Assembly (NCBI GenBank): GCA_964549075.1
Contig: CAZJUB010000009.1
Span: 1-31,058, forward strand
Direction: 5' to 3'
From: an uncultured archaeon
GTDB taxonomy: Archaea; Asgardarchaeota; Heimdallarchaeia; Heimdallarchaeales; Heimdallarchaeaceae
DNA length: 31,058 bases
A program made the translations under genes and the position numbers. The notes beneath the pieces were generated by a model. That model was not told where the DNA came from and made no database searches. It saw only the letters and a list, made by a program, of their open reading frames with translations. This document shows, piece by piece, positions 26,750 through 31,058 of the stretch; within the stretch, counting starts at the first letter, position 1; the number at the start of each line of letters is the position of its first letter.

Positions 26750-27895
26750 TTACAGATATTTCATTTCTTTTGGTGTATTGGATAACCGAATACTTCCCTC
26801 TTTTGTAACTACACAGTCATCTTCAAGACGAACACCAAATTCATTTTCGAAATATAAACCTGGTTCTACAGTAATTACGGAATTCTCTAGTAGCGTTTTA
26901 TTTGGTGATTCTGGTGTTCCTTTGCGAATACCTATTCCAATATCATGAGTTTCTATTCCTAAAGGATGTCCTGTTGAATGAATATAATATTTTTCTGGAT
27001 CATATCCATATTCGACGAACTTATCTCTCACAGCCTGTTCAACATCGTCACTAATTGCTCCAGCTCTTATCAGTGAATATGCAGCTTCTTTTGCTTCATG
27101 AACTGCTTCATAAACGTGCAATACTTTTTCTGGAGGATTTCTTCCAATCCAATATGTGTGAGTTATATCTGAATTTGAGCCTTCGTAAGCTACACCATAG
27201 TCTATCAGTAAAACATTTTCCAATTCAATTTTTTTCTCTCCAGATTTATGGTGCGGTATAGCTGCATTAGAACCTGAAGCAACAATTGCTTCAAAAGCAA
27301 TCCCTCCACGTTTATTAGCTTCATATTCTACTAAAGCAGCTATTTCTTTTTCTGGAATTCCTGATTTGATTTTAGGTTCTACTACCTCTTCCATTAATTC
27401 TTCTGCTAAACGAGCTGCAATTTTGTGGTTCTCGATTTCTTTTTTTGTTTTAATAGCTCGGATTTCAAAAATTAAATCCTTTGCAGATACATAATTTATT
27501 TTTGGATTTATTTTTGTTAAAGCTCTAAATGCTCCACTTGTCAGTATATCGAGGTTTAAGTTTGAAAAAACTTCTTCTTCTTCCACAAAATTTAATGCCA
27601 TCTTTGATTCTGGAGTAAAACTATTTAGAAGATTTTTGATAAAATCCTGCAATTCTGATCCTTTTGAATATTGAATTACTTCATAAATTTCTTCATTTAC
27701 ATTCATTGCTTCCATTCGTGAAGTAATGATTTTTGGTTTTCCTGTTTGAGGAATAAAAGTCAGAGTTGGTGATGAAAACCACTTCTCTAACAAATATCTT
27801 TGATTAACATCATAGGAGTGATGACAGAAAACTATCCATCCATCGATAGCTTGATTTTTCAGAACTCCTTGAATTCTTTTAATTTTCTCATTCAA
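26750..27895 (-). CDS. pepQ: Xaa-Pro peptidase (M24B, prolidase-like)
   Basis: IPHH, LIDYG, SDITHT, HSTGHPLG..THD, TVEPGLY, GVRLEDD. Confidence 0.9.
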   Translation of the reverse strand: MNEKIKRIQGVLKNQAIDGWIVFCHHSYDVNQRYLLEKWFSSPTLTFIPQTGKPKIITSRMEAMNVNEEIYEVIQYSKGSELQDFIKNLLNSFTPESKMALNFVEEEEVFSNLNLDILTSGAFRALTKINPKINYVSAKDLIFEIRAIKTKKEIENHKIAARLAEELMEEVVEPKIKSGIPEKEIAALVEYEANKRGGIAFEAIVASGSNAAIPHHKSGEKKIELENVLLIDYGVAYEGSNSDITHTYWIGRNPPEKVLHVYEAVHEAKEAAYSLIRAGAISDDVEQAVRDKFVEYGYDPEKYYIHSTGHPLGIETHDIGIGIRKGTPESPNKTLLENSVITVEPGLYFENEFGVRLEDDCVVTKEGSIRLSNTPKEMKYL

Positions 27896-28511
27896 ATTCT
27901 ACACATTCCTTAAATATTGATTGAAGTTTTGGTGGTAATAAATTAGTTTCTATTATTTTTATTAAATCTTTAAATGTGTCTATGTCTCTGTAAGTTTCAT
28001 TATATAATTTTAAGTAAAAGCCTATTTTGTTATTCTCAAAAAAATCCTGAAATCTAATAGAAGAGTTTTTGCCAAATACTCCTGGGAATTTAATGGTTTT
28101 ATTAAAACAGATAATACTGGTACCCTTATCTTCAGTTGGAGCTAATACTACCTTATTCATTTTAATATGATCTTCAAAAATCTCTTCTATTTCTGTAGAT
28201 GATAATAAAGGTAAATCGGCCATTACTATAGCAATAATATTTTCTGGTACATCATCAAGTGCTTTGAGAATAGAATTATTTAGGTCATCTGCTTTATCTT
28301 TCAAAACGTAATAATTCCCTTGAAAATCTAAATCAGGTTTATGGGTTAGAATATACACTTTACTAATGTCTTTTACTTGTAATGTTTTATTGATTACATT
28401 TTGAGTAACACTTTTGAGAAGTTTTTCCAAAAGTTCCTCATTCAGGTTAGATCTAAGTCTACTCTTATCTGAAATGGTTCCTCTATATGGAATTAATATC
28501 GCTTTTTTCAT
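27888..28511 (-). CDS. cofC: CofC guanylyltransferase (F420 biosynthesis)
   Basis: ILIPY, KSRL, DLN, VMADLPLL, LAPTEDKGTS, FGKNS, DIDTFKDL; in an operon with cofD. Confidence 0.85.
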   Translation of the reverse strand: MKKAILIPYRGTISDKSRLRSNLNEELLEKLLKSVTQNVINKTLQVKDISKVYILTHKPDLDFQGNYYVLKDKADDLNNSILKALDDVPENIIAIVMADLPLLSSTEIEEIFEDHIKMNKVVLAPTEDKGTSIICFNKTIKFPGVFGKNSSIRFQDFFENNKIGFYLKLYNETYRDIDTFKDLIKIIETNLLPPKLQSIFKECVEFE

Positions 28512-29299
28512 CTATTCACCTTCATATATTCAGCCACTAAATCTTCCATAAATGCAGGATTATCAATAAGTGGTCTAGCAATCGATATAGCTTTAGCACC
28601 TACAGATAGCATCTGATGTATATCTGAAATGTTTCTTACAAGATTATTCCCTATAATAGGAATGTTGGTTTTATTAGAGAATTTTTTTATCAGCCCTAAG
28701 TCAGCTTGTTTTTTACCTGGTATCATCGCATCTATGTGAATATAGTCGCAGTCGTTTCTCTCTAAAATCTCGATAAGATTGAAAACATTATTAACCACAT
28801 TTCCTCTAATCTTTATTCCAATTTTTGCGTTTTTATTTAGTAAACGAATTTTTTCCAGAAGTTCTTCTAGATATGGAGTATTTGTTAACAAAGCTTGACC
28901 TCCGCCAATTTCAGTTATTTCTTTTTGTCTACAATGAGCGTTAATTTCAAAATAATCTACAAAATTACTGAGTGAATTTAACCAAGATTTACTCATTAAA
29001 TCTATCTCAACAATTCTTAAATTAATAGCAATTTTTTGACTTTTCTTGCTTTTTCTCAGATGAAGGTTTTCTTCACACCATCTTTTTATGTCTGAAGTAT
29101 CTTCAGGAAGTAAAAATTCTTTTCTTCCCCTTGTAATAATGTTTTTTGTTGCTTTGATATTTTTTTCATCTATTGAAAATCCACCTAATGTAACCATACC
29201 TACTCCAGAATTCAACATTGTTTGGCAGAATTCAGCATTAGCTATCCCCGCAATTGCAGATTGGATTATAGGAGGAAGGCAAAAATAATCAATTTTCAT
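28508..29299 (-). CDS. Dihydrouridine-synthase-like FMN TIM-barrel protein (MJ0144-like)
   Basis: SAIAG, LGGFSID, RGRKEF, EINAHCRQ, GGGQALL, KIRGN, HIDAM, IIGNN, GAKAISIAR. Confidence 0.85.
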   Translation of the reverse strand: MKIDYFCLPPIIQSAIAGIANAEFCQTMLNSGVGMVTLGGFSIDEKNIKATKNIITRGRKEFLLPEDTSDIKRWCEENLHLRKSKKSQKIAINLRIVEIDLMSKSWLNSLSNFVDYFEINAHCRQKEITEIGGGQALLTNTPYLEELLEKIRLLNKNAKIGIKIRGNVVNNVFNLIEILERNDCDYIHIDAMIPGKKQADLGLIKKFSNKTNIPIIGNNLVRNISDIHQMLSVGAKAISIARPLIDNPAFMEDLVAEYMKVNR

Positions 29300-30230
29300 C
29301 AGATGTCACTTGATTTAATATCATGGTAGCTAGATTTTTAGCTTTTGTTATATCTTTGAATAAGATATCCGCTAATTGTACTTTCATACTAGTTTCACTT
29401 TCTATAATATCTACAAATTCATAATCAGTTTTATCAATGAAGATGGTACTGCATAAATCTTGATACATCTTAGCAATTTCAAGAGGTGTTACTTCAAGAT
29501 TTTTCGCTTTCATTAGTAGAGCTGTTGGTCCACTGATCGGTGCTTGACCTATAATTGGACTAATTGCAATCACTCGATCTCTATTTTTTAACAACTTTCT
29601 TTTTATCTGATTCAGATTAATAATTGGTCCAATGCTAGTTACGGGATTACTTGGACCTATTATTATAATTTCACTTTTATCAATGTTGTATAATGCTTTT
29701 TTGGGAGTTTTAGCATTTTGGATATTTTTAATATAAATATCCTTTATCTCAACTTCTCCTTTTTCCTTTACCCAAAATTCTTGAAAATGAATGTCTCTAC
29801 CATCTCTTGTTATAATTCTGGTTTCTATGTGTGTATTTGAGCTTGGATACACTTGTGTTTTTATTCCCAAGTTTTGTGAAATTTGCTTTGTAATTTCAGA
29901 TAAATTCTTACCCATTTTGAATTGTTCAGTTCTAAAAATATGTGTGGAAAAATCTTTATCTCCTATTTGAAACCAGGTTTCATACCCTAATCTGCTCAAG
30001 GAGTTTAATGTGTAAAAAGTATCCCCTTTGATTCCCCAATACTTTTCTGTATCTAGTAATTTACTTAGTAAATAGATAATAGTGTCTATATCAGGAGAAA
30101 CATATAATCCATATATCTCTATATCATCTGCTGAATTAGCTATGATACAAATTTGATTATCTTGTATAATCTCTCTAAAACCTTGAATTAATTTAGGAGT
30201 TCCTGTTCCTCCTGAAAGAAAAGTAATCAT
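29289..30230 (-). CDS. cofD: 2-phospho-L-lactate transferase CofD
   Basis: LSGGTGTPKL, YVSPDIDT, WFQIGDKD, HFQEFWV, IGPSNPVTSIGP, SPIIG..PISGP. Confidence 0.95.
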   Translation of the reverse strand: MITFLSGGTGTPKLIQGFREIIQDNQICIIANSADDIEIYGLYVSPDIDTIIYLLSKLLDTEKYWGIKGDTFYTLNSLSRLGYETWFQIGDKDFSTHIFRTEQFKMGKNLSEITKQISQNLGIKTQVYPSSNTHIETRIITRDGRDIHFQEFWVKEKGEVEIKDIYIKNIQNAKTPKKALYNIDKSEIIIIGPSNPVTSIGPIINLNQIKRKLLKNRDRVIAISPIIGQAPISGPTALLMKAKNLEVTPLEIAKMYQDLCSTIFIDKTDYEFVDIIESETSMKVQLADILFKDITKAKNLATMILNQVTSDEN

Positions 30231-30242
30231 GATGAGTTGTTG

Positions 30243-30706
30243 TCATGCTGGCATATAAGCTTTGCATCGTTGAACATGTTTCGTAGTTGTTGTGCATGTC
30301 ATTCTTGGTGGGTCTACACACACTCTACGGAGGTACATCACGTACCCTCCTACCCCGTTCACACTTCTGAAAGGAAGTGCTTGCGGATCGCTTTTGATCA
30401 GTATATTGTAAGCAGCATTCACATCAACATTCAGCTTGTATCCCCGTGCTGAAGTGAAGATACCTCGTGTAGTCAGTCTTCCAGCATACTTGGTTCGTTT
30501 CTGTGGGAACTCGTTATCTAAGATACTACTCTTAGAAGTAAAGTGTTTAGCTCGTAATAATTGAGAAATTTTCGTTGTTGATTAAGTACAGATTTAACCT
30601 GAAAATTTGCTCGATTGTAGAGTTTCTTGACTCGATGATAAAAGATGCTTAGAACTGGAGTAAAAGGTAGTTCGATGGTTTCTATCCTCAGTACTTTTGT
30701 CATCAA
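30243..30706 (-). pseudogene. tnpB: Internally deleted, frameshifted tnpB (IS200/IS605 or IS607 RNA-guided nuclease)
   Basis: N-terminal fragment MTKVLRIETI...HRVKKLYNRANFQVK...FLNYYELNTLL is joined out of frame at about 30540 to a C-terminal fragment TSKSSILDNE...YAGRLTTRGIFTSARGYKLNVDVNAAYNILIK...GVGG (RuvC-III NADxNAAxNI motif). Confidence 0.85.
30250..30455 (-). ncRNA. Putative TnpB omegaRNA/reRNA scaffold plus guide
   Basis: Hairpins at 30430-30453, 30362-30379 and 30329-30350 overlap the tnpB 3' end, the established position of omegaRNAs. Extent is inferred. Confidence 0.45.
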
Positions 30707-30780
30707 TTTCTTCTGTAGCCTTTCCTATAAAAGCTCAAGTGATATTTTACTTTTAGTCTACTACTCAAACTGATTCTATG
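30270..30780 (-). mobile_element. Non-autonomous tnpB-derived IS remnant, boundaries approximate
   Basis: tnpB fragments, locally higher GC, several 3' hairpins and a candidate right-end TTCAA at 30274-30270 (minus strand). No tnpA seen; left end not resolved. Confidence 0.6.
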
Positions 30781-30859
30781 TAAACTTAATACGACTACAT
30801 GATAAAACTTTTTCCTAATAAAACCTTATTGAATGTTTGGTAAGTTTCAGCAAGAAGAA

Positions 30860-31058
30860 TTAAGATTTTGCCTTTTTACTTGAAGATGTCTTTTTAGTTG
30901 ATGTTGACTTCTTAGTTGCAGGTGTTTTCTTCGCTGGAGCTTTCTTCACTGGAACTTCCTTTGCTGGAGCTTTCTTCACTGGAACTTCCTTTGCTGGAGC
31001 TTTCTTCGCTGGAACTTCCTTTACTGGAGCTTTCTTCGCTGGAACTTCCTTTACTGGA
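30860..31058 (-). CDS. C-terminal Lys/Pro/Ala-rich (histone H1-like) tail of a gene entering from the right edge
   Basis: ...PVKEVPAKKAPVKEVPAKKAPAKEVPVKKAPAKEVPVKKAPAKKTPATKKSTSTKKTSSSKKAKS*, stop TAA at 30862-30860. Confidence 0.8.
   Translation of the reverse strand, partial: PVKEVPAKKAPVKEVPAKKAPAKEVPVKKAPAKEVPVKKAPAKKTPATKKSTSTKKTSSSKKAKS
30931..31058. repeat. 30-bp coding tandem repeat (at least 4.3 copies, 15-bp sub-period)
   Basis: Unit TTGCTGGAGCTTTCTTCACTGGAACTTCCT, with only a few substitutions, at 30931, 30961, 30991, 31021 and 31051 (partial). Confidence 0.95.

Noticed and set aside
30237-30452. 71-aa Cys/His-rich plus-strand ORF
   Set aside because: Antisense to the TnpB C-terminal fragment, which explains the region better.
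30707-30800. Possible tnpA remnant or left-end hairpin of the element
   Set aside because: No HUH or serine-recombinase motif found by hand translation, and only weak wobble-rich pairing.
30931-31058. 30-bp repeats as a CRISPR array
   Set aside because: The units are contiguous with no spacers, keep the reading frame, and no cas genes are present.

Overview
AT-rich, gene-dense archaeal chromosomal window with about 30 CDSs. An Asgard (Heimdall/Loki-like) origin is inferred from class V FBP aldolase/phosphatase, OapAB, Fap7/AK6, CofC/CofD, GGTG/GAGG ribosome-binding sites, a Rab-like small GTPase and a PlsY homologue. Modules: (i) an arsenic locus (thioredoxin-like and arsP divergent from arsR-acr3) with two ATCGA-N6-TCGAT operators, plus a separate Cys-rich AbrB-arsM unit preceded by four 9-bp tandem repeats; (ii) a sugar-bisphosphate cluster of class II aldolase, a class I phosphatase with SBPase-like motifs and class V FBPA/P; (iii) a translationally coupled cofD / DUS-like flavoprotein / cofC / M24 peptidase operon; (iv) an internally deleted tnpB element that keeps its hairpin-rich 3' end (putative omegaRNA) directly upstream of cofD. 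The ORF track missed a HEAT-repeat gene at the left edge, a 40-aa sORF, the TnpB C-terminal fragment and a PAKK-repeat tail at the right edge. No rRNA, tRNA or CRISPR array was seen.
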